A stretch of 61,125 nucleotides of DNA, filler included, from Sandaracinaceae bacterium (GTDB lineage Bacteria; Myxococcota_A; Polyangia; Polyangiales; JADJQN01), in the NCBI GenBank assembly GCA_947483975.1. It is 11 parts of 11 records of this genome, joined end to end, with 100 filler letters (N's around TTAATTAATTAA, not from the genome) between each part and the next. Parts side by side here need not be neighbours in the genome. Positions count along the whole stretch, not along the records: positions 44,738 to 50,141 come from CANKOL010000355.1; positions 50,242 to 55,642 come from CANKOL010000356.1; positions 55,743 to 61,125 come from CANKOL010000357.1; 8 more parts are not named here. The stretch is one strand, 5' to 3'. The notes beneath the pieces were generated by a model. It made no database searches and was not told the origin of the DNA. It was given only the letters and a program-made list of their open reading frames with translations. The position numbers and the translations under genes are program-made. This document shows, piece by piece, positions 49,044 to 59,398 of this stretch. Numbering within the stretch: the stretch's first letter is position 1; each line of letters begins with the position of its first letter.

Positions 49044-50141
49044 TCAACTCGGCGGGCGCTCTCGGAAGCGATCGGGCCCGCGCGTCGCGCGTCGAAGCGC
49101 CTCCGCGGCGAGGAGCGCGAGCCGACTCTCGCGCGCGGCGTGCCCATCGGGGCAGACCTCGAGGGGGAGGAATGGGAGCGCGTCCTCGAGCGCGGCGCCG
49201 ATGATCGCGTCGGAGACGCCGCTCGATGGCATGCAGCCGAACGACTTGACGGAGATGACGGCGTGCGCGGAGCTCGCGAGCACGGCGTCGCGCGCGAGGC
49301 CGATCTCCACGTGCCCGTAGCCGCCTCGGAGCGTCGGCGGGAGGAACGGCGCCGCGAGCTGTGCGAGCCACGCCGGGTCGGGGAGCTCCGTCGGCTCGAG
49401 ATCGAGCGCCGCGCACGCGCTCTTCCACGTCGCGACGACGCGCGCGTCGAGCGCCGCGAGGGCGGCGGATTGCGCGGGCGTGACGGGTGCCTCACGTCCC
49501 CAGGGCTCGCCGCGCCCGAGCCAGAGGCTGTAGCGCAGCCAGAGCAGCGCGGGCGGCGCCATCACCTCGACGCCGAGCGGCGCGAGGACCGACGGCAAAC
49601 AGAGCTGCCCGTCGCCGTTCGCGTGCACCGACCAGGGGTCACCGATCAAGCGCACGCGGGCGATCACCCGCGCAGTCCCGGCGCGCACCCCGCGCTCCCA
49701 GGCACGCGCAGAGGCGAGCGCGGCGAGCGGCGCGGCTCCTGCTGCGGTCGCTGCACAGACCTGCGCCGTCGCGGCGGCGAGCGCGTGCTCGACCTCGGCG
49801 GCGTGCTTGGCGCGGGGCAGCGCGCGGTTGCGACTCAGCACGAGCGCGTCGGCGGCCGCGATCGCCTCGAGCAGCCGCGCGCCGAGCGGGGTGTCGAGCC
49901 AGTCGTGGAGCGAAGCCCCCGAATTCACTGGGCCTACGACTCGAATGGGCGATCTTCCCTCGGTGACGAGCGCGCGCTGCCACGCCATCTCGAAGAGCGC
50001 GTAGCGGCAAGGGCCGCAGCTGCCGAGCGACAGCACGGCGAGGGGCGCGGGCGCTGTCGGCCCCGCAGCCGTTTCGTCCAGGGGCGCACGCTCGGCGGCG
50101 GCGCGCAGCAGCGCGCCCGTCGTGAAGAGGAGCGGCGCGCA
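49044..50141 (-). CDS. 2-hydroxyacyl-CoA dehydratase-like (HGD-D/DUF2229, PlsA/PlsR-type) reductase domain protein (5' truncated)
   Basis: GSCGPCRY, RLIGD.W, GGYGHVEIG, VISVKSFGCMPSSGVSD, E.R. Confidence 0.7.
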   Translation of the reverse strand, partial: CAPLLFTTGALLRAAAERAPLDETAAGPTAPAPLAVLSLGSCGPCRYALFEMAWQRALVTEGRSPIRVVGPVNSGASLHDWLDTPLGARLLEAIAAADALVLSRNRALPRAKHAAEVEHALAAATAQVCAATAAGAAPLAALASARAWERGVRAGTARVIARVRLIGDPWSVHANGDGQLCLPSVLAPLGVEVMAPPALLWLRYSLWLGRGEPWGREAPVTPAQSAALAALDARVVATWKSACAALDLEPTELPDPAWLAQLAAPFLPPTLRGGYGHVEIGLARDAVLASSAHAVISVKSFGCMPSSGVSDAIIGAALEDALPFLPLEVCPDGHAARESRLALLAAEALRRATRGPDRFRERPPS

Positions 50142-50241
50142 NNNNNNNNNNNNNNNNNNNNNNNNNNNNNNNNNNNNNNNNNNNNTTAATTAATTAANNN
50201 NNNNNNNNNNNNNNNNNNNNNNNNNNNNNNNNNNNNNNNNN
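50142..50241. other. Artificial contig linker
   Basis: N44-TTAATTAATTAA-N44. Confidence 0.99.
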
Positions 50242-51153
50242 CGGCGCCGCGCCGTGACGAGCCGCGGGCGCCGCGCCGTGAGGAGCGCGCGGCGTCGGCA
50301 AGGTCACGCCCGTCGACGCGACCTGCACGCCCGCGCCGACGCGCACGTGCGCGCGAAAGTGCGCGAGGTCGTCGCCGCCGAGGTCGCCGAGCGTGCTCTC
50401 GTCCGAGCGGATCCAGCGACCGTTCTCGCGTCGCGCGAGGACCGCGTAGAAATTCGCGAGGCTCGCGATGCCGTCGCCGAGCGCGACCAGCCCATAGTCG
50501 CCGGCGCTCTCGCCCGACTGCATCGACGCGAGGCCCTCGAGCCCTTGCGACATCAGGTTCGTGCGCGAGGGTGCGATGCGCTCGAGCGTCGCGCCGAGGT
50601 CGACGCCGAGGCGCAGCCGCGCGCCGGGCGCGAGCGGGGTCGCCGGGCGCACCACGAGCACATCGGCGCTGGGCGCGGTCACCGTGCAGGCCGCGCCGTC
50701 GAGGCAGCGCCCCCCGTCGAAGCGCACCGCGGGGCGCCGCGAGTGCGCGGCTGAGGCGGTCCCAGGCGTCGTCGTGTTCGCGTAGATGCGCAGCACGAGC
50801 TCGTCGAGAGGCGCGCTCTCGCGGTTCGTGAACCAGACCTCTTCGCGCACCGCGACGGCGCCCGCGGCGAGGTCGAGGTCGACGCTCAGATCGTAGAGCG
50901 GGAGGTCTTCGGCGTGCGCGACGCCCGCAGCCTGCGCGGCGCCGGCGCGCTCGGCGGGGCGCAGCGAGACGAGCAGCGGCGTCGCGTCGTACCAAGAGGC
51001 TGCGGCTGTCGCCGCCGTGCTCGCCGCCGCAGCGCCTGTCGACGCTTGGGCGTGCGCGAGGGTCGGGAGCGCGAGCAGCCCCGCGAGCAGCCCCGCGAGC
51101 CTCCGCGCTCGGTCGCCTCGGAGTGCTGGGGCTGCGCGGAGAAGGTGGGTCAT
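50242..51153 (-). CDS. Secreted M1-family aminopeptidase, N-terminal domain (3' truncated)
   Basis: Signal peptide AHA-Q; Y.L.V.LD, FTN.....LDELVLRIYAN, NFY.VLA, VASTG. The HEXXH motif would lie beyond the contig end. Confidence 0.65.
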
Positions 51154-53033
51154 GGCTCGCTTGCGGAGGAGCCCGCGGAGACACGCTCTGCCAAGTGAGC
51201 GAGGGCCGCGAGGTCGAGAGGCTTATACAAGACGGGCTGAGGCTGCCGGGCGAGAAAGTCGCGCGCCTCGTTCGTCACCGCGCCCCCGGTGAGAAAGACG
51301 AGCCGCGCCGCGAGGTCGGGCGCGCTCGCGTGGAGCGTGTCGTAGACGCGCGTGCCGCCGCCGTCCGCCATCATCAGATCGCACACGATCAGGTCCCACT
51401 CGCGGTCCCGCTCCAGCGCCGTCAGCGCCGCCTCGGTGCCGTCGGCGAGCGTGACCTCGTAGCGGTCCTTGAGGCAGCGACGCAGCGCGGAGCGAAGCTC
51501 CGGGTCGTCGTCGATGATCAGCACGCGGCGCGCGCGCCCGGCGGGCGTCGTCCGCTCGACCGGCGGGGTGCGCTCCTGCCGCGGGGGCGTCTCGGCCGCG
51601 AGCAGGTCGAGCACCGCGCGCGAGCCCTCGCCGAGTCGGCTGGTGAAGCGCAGCTGCCCCCCGAGCGCCATCACGAGGCCGCGTGACACGGCGAGCCCGA
51701 GGCCCGTGCCCTCGCCGAAGGGCTTGGTGCTGAAGAACGGCTCGAAGAGCCGCCCGAGCGTCGCCTCGCTCATGCCGCTGCCGTTGTCCGAGACGACGAG
51801 CTCGACTCGGTCGCCGACGCGCGCCGCGGTCAGCTCGACGCGGCCGTCGGTGCGCTCCGCGGGCATCGCCTGCGCGGCGTTCACCACGAGGTTGGCGACG
51901 ATCTGCACGAGCGCGGGCTCCTGCCCTCGGCCGAAGAGCTCCGCGGGCACCGAGTGGATGAGCGCGACGCGCTTGCCGTAGTGCGGGCTCGCGAGGCGCG
52001 CGGCCTCCCTCGCGACCTCCGCCAAGGAGACTGCGTGCGTCTCGGTCGCGCTGCTCCCCGCGAGGCGCCCGGCGTCGAGGAGCTGCCGCGCGACCCGCGT
52101 GATGCGCTCGATCGAGCCGCGGGACTCTTGCAGGCAGCGCACTCCGTCGTCGGGGAGCGCGCCGTGTGACTCGACGAATTCCTCGAGGTAGCGCAGGTTC
52201 GCGGCGATCGCGGCGGCGGGGTTGTTGACCTCGTGCGCGACGCCGGCGGCGAGCTGTCCGATGGCGCCGAGCTTCTCCGCGCGGTGCAGCGCCTCTTGGC
52301 TGCGCGCGAGCTCACGAGTGCGCTCGCCGACCGCGGACTCGAGCTCTGCGCTGAGCCGCTCGAGCGCCCGCGCGTCCTCGACGAAGCGCGCCGTGAGCGC
52401 GTAGCCGACCGTCGCGATCGGCAGCATGAAGCCGAGGTCGAGGAGGTACGGCATCCCGGCCTCGAAGGTGGTGACGACCGCGTCGTTCAGCCCCGCGAGG
52501 GAGAGCCCGATCAGGCCGAGCGCGTGAATGCCGGTGCGCGGCACGCCGCGGCGCCAGGCGATGACGAAGCGCGCCAGCAGCCACCCGAGCGTCACGCAGA
52601 AGATGCCCATCGCCGCGATCCCGAGGGTGGTCGGCTCGGCGTCGGCGTAGCGCGCCTCGAACAGCACGATGGAGTGCGACGTCACGACGCCCGTCAGGTA
52701 CGCGCCAGGGATCAGCGCCCCGAGGCTCGTGGCGATCACGGCGCCCATCAGCCACTTCTCGCCGCCCGTGGGCGCGTGTCCGAGGCACGCTGCGCTGAAG
52801 CGGATCCACGCCGCGAGGTGCCAGCCGGCGATCACCATCTGCATCTGCGTCGCGTAGAGAACGACCGAGTCGGGCAGGGCGCCTGCGAGCGTGTACGCCG
52901 CGCCCGACAGGGCGATCAGCGCGAAGAAGCGCTGCTCGCGCCAGCCCGGCGCCCGCGAGAAGCGCTGGCTCAGCAGGGCGACGTAGAGCGACACGACCGT
53001 CGCGACCAAACCGATCGTCTGAGATGCGTGCAT
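51150..53033 (-). CDS. Membrane-bound hybrid histidine kinase (7TM-like sensor, HisKA, HATPase, REC)
   Basis: About 7 TM helices, AHEVNNP, DNGSG, FEPFFSTK, GTGLGL; receiver IDDD, CDLMM, KP. Confidence 0.93.
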   Translation of the reverse strand: MHASQTIGLVATVVSLYVALLSQRFSRAPGWREQRFFALIALSGAAYTLAGALPDSVVLYATQMQMVIAGWHLAAWIRFSAACLGHAPTGGEKWLMGAVIATSLGALIPGAYLTGVVTSHSIVLFEARYADAEPTTLGIAAMGIFCVTLGWLLARFVIAWRRGVPRTGIHALGLIGLSLAGLNDAVVTTFEAGMPYLLDLGFMLPIATVGYALTARFVEDARALERLSAELESAVGERTRELARSQEALHRAEKLGAIGQLAAGVAHEVNNPAAAIAANLRYLEEFVESHGALPDDGVRCLQESRGSIERITRVARQLLDAGRLAGSSATETHAVSLAEVAREAARLASPHYGKRVALIHSVPAELFGRGQEPALVQIVANLVVNAAQAMPAERTDGRVELTAARVGDRVELVVSDNGSGMSEATLGRLFEPFFSTKPFGEGTGLGLAVSRGLVMALGGQLRFTSRLGEGSRAVLDLLAAETPPRQERTPPVERTTPAGRARRVLIIDDDPELRSALRRCLKDRYEVTLADGTEAALTALERDREWDLIVCDLMMADGGGTRVYDTLHASAPDLAARLVFLTGGAVTNEARDFLARQPQPVLYKPLDLAALAHLAERVSAGSSASEP

Positions 53034-53182
53034 GCCTGGGCCGACTTCTCGAGGCTGAGCGTAGCAAGCCCTCGAGGTCGGCGTCTCTCCGCGCTCGTAG
53101 GTTGCAACACAAACGTCCCTCGTGACAGCGCTTGTCCGGAGGGGCTAGGATGGTGTGGGTATCTTATTTTTCGGGGGGGATC

Positions 53183-55642
53183 ATGGCGTCACCGATTCGT
53201 TCGCTCGGGCTCGTCGCGCTCGTCTTCGGCGCGGCTGTCGCGCTCGCCGCGTGTGGTGGCGGTGACAAGCCGCCCGCGGGCGCGGACGCCGGCGACCTCG
53301 GGCTCCCGGACCTCGGCGTGGCCGATCTCGGCCCTGATCTCGGGCGCGACCTCGGGGTCGATGGCGGCCCGCTCGTGTATCAGGCGACGTGTCAGCCGTG
53401 CGCGCTCGACGGCGACTGCGGCCCGCTCGCGCGCTGCCTCGCGCTGCCGACGGGCGAGCGCGCGTGCGTGCCGACGTGTGACCGAGAGCTGCCCGACTGC
53501 CCGCGCGCCTTCGAGTGCACGAACGCCGCGGGCGGCGCCTACGCGTGCAGCCCCGTCGCCGGTAGCTGCTGCATCGACGAGGACGCCGACGGCTACGGCG
53601 ACGGCATCGGCTGCAGCGGGCTCGACTGCAACGACAGCGACATCGCCGTCAATCCCGCGGCGCTCGAGCTCTGCAACGCGCTCGACGACGACTGCGATGG
53701 CATCACCGACGAGCTCGCGACGGACTGCGGCGAGCAGGACTGCGTCGAGGCGGCGGCGGGCGGTGCCTACGAGGAGATCGGCCCCGGCTCGTGTGCCTCC
53801 GGCGCGTGCGAGCCCGGCGTGCACACGACCTGCGCGCTCTACGCGTGCGCGGGCGGCGGCAGCGAGGGCACGACCTGCGCGCTGTCCTGCGCGAACGCCG
53901 CAGGCGCCGACGACGACATGCTCTGCGCGGCGGGCGCGCACTGCGACGCGAGCGTCTGCGTCCCCGACGTCGTCAGCGGCAACACCTGCGACGAGGACAC
54001 CGACTGCAGCGTCGGGCACTGTGACAACGGCTTCTGCTGCGCGAGCGGCATCTGCTGCAGCGCGGCGAGCGACTGCCCGGTGACGGGCGGCTTCATCACG
54101 ACCTGCGACGACGCCGCGACGTGCCAGGGCACGACGGGCGCGGCGGCGTGCACCGACAACATCTGCGGCACCGTCGCCGGCGTGCCCGACGACCGTGGCT
54201 GCACGGGCGACACCGTCGCCAACGAGTGCGGCTTCTTCCTGCCCGCGCGCTGTGCGGGCACCGCGACGCAGAGCGCGCCGCCGTGCCCGTCGGTCTGCAC
54301 CTCGGACGCCGAGTGCGACGCTGGCGCGCACTGCGACACCGTGTGCCTGCCGGACCTCGCGGACGGCGAGTCGTGCAACGAGCTCTCCGACTGCACGAGC
54401 GACTACTGCAACAGCGGTGTCTGCTGCACGGGCGGCGACTGCTGCGTGCGCCCGACCGACTGCCCCTCGAGCTACTCGACCGCGCCGCGCTGCGAGGCGC
54501 CGGCTGCGTGTCAGGGCACGCGCGACGCGGCGGTGTGCCTCGCGAACGTGTGCAGCACCGTGACCAACGTGCCCGACGACACGGCGTGCAACGGCGGAGT
54601 GCTCGCGAGCGACTGCGGGCCGTATCCGTCGCGCTACTGCTCGGGCGGCAGCGATCAGCCCGCGCCGTTCTGCGCGGCGGCGTGCACCTCGGACGCGGAG
54701 TGCGACCCGGGCGCGCACTGCGACGCGCTCGCGTGCGTGCCCGACCTCGACCCAGGGCGCGCGTGCGACGAGGCGAGCGACTGCCTCAGCTCGTACTGCG
54801 GCAACGGCTTCTGCTGCGCGACCGGCGACTGCTGCAACATGGCGAGCGACTGCGCGGCGGCGACCTACGGGCGCCCGTCGCTCTGCACGAGCGCCGCGAG
54901 CTGCCAAGGCGACCGCATCGACCCCGTCTGCACGCCGAGCAAGCAGTGCGCGATCGGGCCGACGGTCGGCGATGACTCGGGCTGCGCGGGGCTCGAGGCC
55001 AACAACTGCGGCACCTATCCGTCGGTGTCGTGCACGAGCGCGGTGACGCAGAGCGCGCCCGCGTGCGCGGCGAGTTGCGCGCTCGACGCCGACTGCGACC
55101 CGACCGCGTTCTGCAACCCGATGGGCGTGTGTCAGTCGCGCGGCGCGAAGGCGGCGTCGTGCAGCCTCACCTCGGAGTGCGGGACGGGGCTCTCCTGCGT
55201 CGACGGGCTCTGCTGCACGAGCGCGTGCGGCGGCACCTGCCGCGCGTGCAACGTCGCCGGCAGCGAGGGCGACTGCGCGAACATCCCGGCGGGCACCGAC
55301 CCGTCGGTCGAGTGCGGCGGCGTCAGCTGTGCGGCGTACTTCACCGCGCCCACGGGCGCGACGGTGGGCGCCATCTGCAATCAGGTCGCCGACGTGCCCG
55401 GCGGCGAGGTGGACTGCAACGGCAGCGCGGCGTGCGAGACGGCGGCCGTGCTCTGCGCGCCCCGCACGCTCCCTGGCGCGCCCGTGCTCGACTGCGACAA
55501 CAACTGCCAGATCCTCGCGGGCTGCGCGGGCACGACGCCCGGGCGCTGCGACCCGTACACGCCCGCGATGAACTCGCAGGGCTGCGGCGTCGGGCAGTGC
55601 GCCAACACGACGCTCGTCTGTGACGCGGGGGCGCAGATCACG
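53183..55642 (+). CDS. Large Cys-rich surface lipoprotein with a MopE-like metal-binding motif and ~130-aa internal repeats (3' truncated)
   Basis: Lipobox LAAC; DADGYG..DCNDSD..VNP.A.ELCN.LDDDCDG..DE; GAHCD anchors at 53933, 54323 and 54710. Confidence 0.85.
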
Positions 55643-55742
55643 NNNNNNNNNNNNNNNNNNNNNNNNNNNNNNNNNNNNNNNNNNNNTTAATTAATTAANN
55701 NNNNNNNNNNNNNNNNNNNNNNNNNNNNNNNNNNNNNNNNNN
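55643..55742. other. Artificial contig linker
   Basis: N44-TTAATTAATTAA-N44. Confidence 0.99.
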
Positions 55743-56618
55743 GGCGTCGTCGGGGACGTGCTGGGCGACGACGGGCGGCGCACGGTCGGCAGCTTCGAGG
55801 TGCGCGCGCGGCTCGGCGTCATCGTGGCGGCGGGCGCGGTGCACACGCCGGTGCTGCTCGCGCGGGCGGGGTTGCGCGGGCTCGTCGGCGAGCGCTTTCA
55901 GGCGCACCCGGGCTGCGCGGTCGTGGGCGAATTCGACGAGCCCATCGGCATGAGCTTCGGCGCGACGCAGGGCTACGAGGTCCCGATGCGCGAGCGCCGC
56001 TTCAAGATCGAGGCGCTCTCGCTGCCGCCTGAGACGCTCGCCGCGCGGCTACCCGGCGCGGGCGCCGAGTGGCAGGCGCGCCTCGCCAAGCTCGATCACT
56101 ACGCGCAGTGGTGCGTGCCGATCCGCATGGAGGCGATGGGCACCGTGCGCCGCGGCTTCGGCGATGTGCCGGTCGTCAAATACGGGCCGACGGCACAGGA
56201 CCTCGAGCGCGCGCGGGAGGCGGTCATCCTGATCTGCCGGATGATGTTCGCCGCGGGCGCCCGCGAGGTGTATCCGGGCATCGCGCGCCGCCCCGAGGTG
56301 CTGCGCAGCGTCGCGGACCTCGCGGCGCTCGAGACGGGCGAGGTGCGCCCGTCGGACTTCCACATGATGGCGTCGCATCTCTTCGGCACCGCGTGCGCGG
56401 GCGCCGATCCGCAGCAGAGCGTCGTCGGGCCGGACCTGCAGAGCCACGCCGTGGGCGGCCTCTACGTGATGGACGCGAGCGTGTTCCCGACGAACCTCGG
56501 CGTGAACCCGCAGCACTCGATCATGGCGCTCGTCTGGCGCGCCTCGGAGCGCCTCGCGAACGCCGCGCGCATCCCGCTGCGACAAGCGAGCGGCGCCCGC
56601 GCTACTCTCCGCGCATGA
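55743..56618 (+). CDS. GMC family oxidoreductase (5' truncated)
   Basis: AAGAVHTP.LL, SHLFGT, LYVMDAS.FPT.LGVNP..SIMA. Confidence 0.9.
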   Translation, partial: GVVGDVLGDDGRRTVGSFEVRARLGVIVAAGAVHTPVLLARAGLRGLVGERFQAHPGCAVVGEFDEPIGMSFGATQGYEVPMRERRFKIEALSLPPETLAARLPGAGAEWQARLAKLDHYAQWCVPIRMEAMGTVRRGFGDVPVVKYGPTAQDLERAREAVILICRMMFAAGAREVYPGIARRPEVLRSVADLAALETGEVRPSDFHMMASHLFGTACAGADPQQSVVGPDLQSHAVGGLYVMDASVFPTNLGVNPQHSIMALVWRASERLANAARIPLRQASGARATLRA

Positions 56619-57172
56619 GCCTGCTCGTCAAATCCGCGCTCGACTGGGCAGCGACCTGGCACCGCGAGCAACACCGCAAGTATCCGAACACCCGAGTGCC
56701 GTACATGAGCCACCTCGCCGGGGTCGCCGTGCTGCTCGCGCAGCATGGCTTCCGCGACGAGGTGCTCGCGGCGGGCGCGCTGCACGACTGCCTCGAGGAC
56801 GCGGGCGTCCGCTACGAGGACCTCGTGGAGCGCTTCGGCGTCGAGGTCGCGGACCTCGTGCGGCACGCGAGCGAGGAGGACAAGTCGCTGTCCTGGGAGG
56901 AGCGGAAGGCCGCGTATCTCGCGCATTTCCCTCATAAACCGTGGGAGGCGCAGGCGATCACGCTCGCCGACAAGATCGACAACCTCCGCTCGATCGTCGT
57001 CTGCGCGCGCGACTGGGGCGACCCGTGGCCGCAGTTCAAGCGCGGGCGCGACGTGCAGCTCGCGCGCTTCGACGCGCTGCTCGCGGCCGCGCGCGAGCTC
57101 CCGCCGCACGCGCTCGTCGACGAGCTCTCGGTCGCGCTCGAGCAAGTGCGGCAGCTCGCGACGACCCGCTAG
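56615..57172 (+). CDS. HD-domain protein, Mesh1/small alarmone hydrolase-like
   Basis: H..Q.RK....PY..H, LHD.LED, FG.EVA.LV, EDKSL.W.ERK, ADK.DNL. Confidence 0.85.
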   Translation: MSLLVKSALDWAATWHREQHRKYPNTRVPYMSHLAGVAVLLAQHGFRDEVLAAGALHDCLEDAGVRYEDLVERFGVEVADLVRHASEEDKSLSWEERKAAYLAHFPHKPWEAQAITLADKIDNLRSIVVCARDWGDPWPQFKRGRDVQLARFDALLAAARELPPHALVDELSVALEQVRQLATTR

Positions 57173-57235
57173 CGCGTCCCCGGCGACGCCCTCGCTGGTG
57201 AGCGCGCGCGGATTCCTCCACACTCGACCGGCGCC

Positions 57236-59398
57236 GTGGATCTTCGCACTCAGACGTCGCTCATCGCGGCCGTGCTCAGCGTCGCGATCGCCGCGTCGGT
57301 CGGGCTGCGCACGCGCAAGCGCCGCGTTCACTGGCTCTTCGCGCTCTTCGCGGCGGTGATCGGCGCCTGGTACCTCACGGCGTTCCTCGCCGCGGTGACC
57401 TCGAGCGGCGCGATCTGGGGTCGCGTCAACCTGATCTGCGCCGTGATGCTGCCCGTCGCGACCGTGCAGTTCTTCCGCGCGTTCGTGACGAGCGATCACC
57501 GCCGCGCGACGCTGCTCGCGCGCTTCTCGCTGCTCGCCGGCGGGGCGCTCACCGCGATCATCCTGACGCCGTTCTACGGGCACATCGTCGTCGCCTCGAC
57601 GATCTTCGTCTTCGTCTTGCTGATGCTCGGCGCGTCGCTGCTGATGATGATCGACCGCGCCCGCGCGGCGACGTCGCGCTTCGATCGAGCGCGCGTGATC
57701 TACCTGACGCTCGTCGGCACGCTCGCGGCGGCGTTCACGATCCTCGACTACCTGCCCTACGTCGGGCTCGACATCCCGCCCGTCGGCACGGTGCTGACGC
57801 TCGTCTTTCTCTACATCCTCTCGCAGTCGATCGTGCGCTCGCGCCTGCTCGACCTCTACGAGCTCGCGGGTCGGCTCACCGTGATGACTGCGGTCGCGTT
57901 CACGCTCGCCTCGATCTTCTGGGTGCTCGTGCTCCTCGCGGGAGGGCGGTTCTTCCTGCACTCGGTCGTCGCCGCGCTCGTCGTGCTGCTGCTCTTCGAT
58001 CCGGTGCGCACGAAGGTCGAGGAGCAGATCTCGCAGTTCTTCTTCCGCGAGCGGCACGCCCTCGAGCGCACCATCGCGGAGCTGCGCGCGCGGCTCGCGC
58101 ACGTGCTCGAGGTCGACGATGTGGCGCGCGTGATCATGGTCGGGCTCGAGCAGAGCCGGCGCGTGACGCACGCCTCGCTCTATCTGCTCGACGACACGCG
58201 GCGCGGCTACGACGTCGCGGGCTTCACGGGCCCGCAGCCTCCGGCGCACATCGAGCTCGCGCCGGCGCATCCCTTTCTCGAGCGGCTCCGCAAGGAGGAC
58301 GCGGTCGTGCTCGAGGCGCTCGAGCTGGAGCTCGACGAGCGGCGCGAGCTCTCGGAGGAGCGCGAGGGCGAGCTCGTGCACGAGATCCTCGAGACGCTCG
58401 CGTCGACGCACGCGTCGGTGTGCGTCGCGCTCCGCAGCGACGGCGAGATCTACGGCTTTCTCTGCGTCCGCGACGAGCGGCTGCGCGACGCCTTCGCGCC
58501 GGAGGAGGTGCAGCTCCTGAAGAGCCTCGCGGCGCAGGCGGCGACCGCCGTCGAGAACTCGCGCGTCTATCAGCGCATGAAGGAGCGCGACCGCCTCGCC
58601 GCGCTCGGGGAGATGGCCGCCGGGCTCGCGCACGAGATCCGCAACCCGCTCGGCGCGATCAAGGCGAGCGCGCAGTACCTCGCCGAGGAGCCGGGCGGCG
58701 CGGCGAGCGCGGACGGGGAGTTCCTCGGCATCATCGTCGAGGAGGTCGATCGGCTCAATCGCGTGCTCTCGTCGTTCCTCGACTACGCGCATCCGTCGCG
58801 CGGAGACACCGCGCCCATCGACGTGAACGCCGCCGTCCGCCGCTCGATGCAGCTGCTCGGCGCGCAGTGCGAGGAGGCGGGCATCGCCTGGGAGCTCGCG
58901 CTCGCCGCGGAGCTTCCGCCGGTGCGCATCGACGTCGAGCAGCTCCGGCAGGTGCTGATCAACCTCGTGCAGAACGCGTTTCAGGCGATGGACGGCTCGG
59001 GCAAGCTCGTCGTCGCGACCGACACCCGCACGCGCGAGGACCTCTCCGGCAAGCGCCGCACCTTCGTCGAGATGCGCGTCGAGGACACGGGCCCGGGCAT
59101 CCCGCAGCGCGTGCTCGCGAACCTCTTCGTGCCGTTCGTGACGACGAAGGATCGCGGCACCGGGCTCGGGCTCGCGATCTCGCAGCGCATCGTGACGGCC
59201 GCGGGCGGGCACATCGAGGTCAGCACGCACGAGGGCGTCGGCACGACGTTCAGCGTGCGGCTGCCCGTCGCGGAGGACACGGCAGGGAGCGACGGAGCGC
59301 TCGGCGCTCAGGGCGCGGGCGCAGCGGCAGGCGCGAGCCCTACGCCGCTCGTCGCCGGCGCCGCGGAGCGGCCGAGCGGCGTGACGACGAGCCGATAG
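57236..59398 (+). CDS. Membrane sensor histidine kinase (multi-TM, GAF, HisKA, HATPase)
   Basis: About 9 TM helices, GAF ending F..EE..LL..LA.QAA.A.EN, AHEIRNPL, DTGPG, GTGLGL. Confidence 0.93.
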   Translation: MDLRTQTSLIAAVLSVAIAASVGLRTRKRRVHWLFALFAAVIGAWYLTAFLAAVTSSGAIWGRVNLICAVMLPVATVQFFRAFVTSDHRRATLLARFSLLAGGALTAIILTPFYGHIVVASTIFVFVLLMLGASLLMMIDRARAATSRFDRARVIYLTLVGTLAAAFTILDYLPYVGLDIPPVGTVLTLVFLYILSQSIVRSRLLDLYELAGRLTVMTAVAFTLASIFWVLVLLAGGRFFLHSVVAALVVLLLFDPVRTKVEEQISQFFFRERHALERTIAELRARLAHVLEVDDVARVIMVGLEQSRRVTHASLYLLDDTRRGYDVAGFTGPQPPAHIELAPAHPFLERLRKEDAVVLEALELELDERRELSEEREGELVHEILETLASTHASVCVALRSDGEIYGFLCVRDERLRDAFAPEEVQLLKSLAAQAATAVENSRVYQRMKERDRLAALGEMAAGLAHEIRNPLGAIKASAQYLAEEPGGAASADGEFLGIIVEEVDRLNRVLSSFLDYAHPSRGDTAPIDVNAAVRRSMQLLGAQCEEAGIAWELALAAELPPVRIDVEQLRQVLINLVQNAFQAMDGSGKLVVATDTRTREDLSGKRRTFVEMRVEDTGPGIPQRVLANLFVPFVTTKDRGTGLGLAISQRIVTAAGGHIEVSTHEGVGTTFSVRLPVAEDTAGSDGALGAQGAGAAAGASPTPLVAGAAERPSGVTTSR

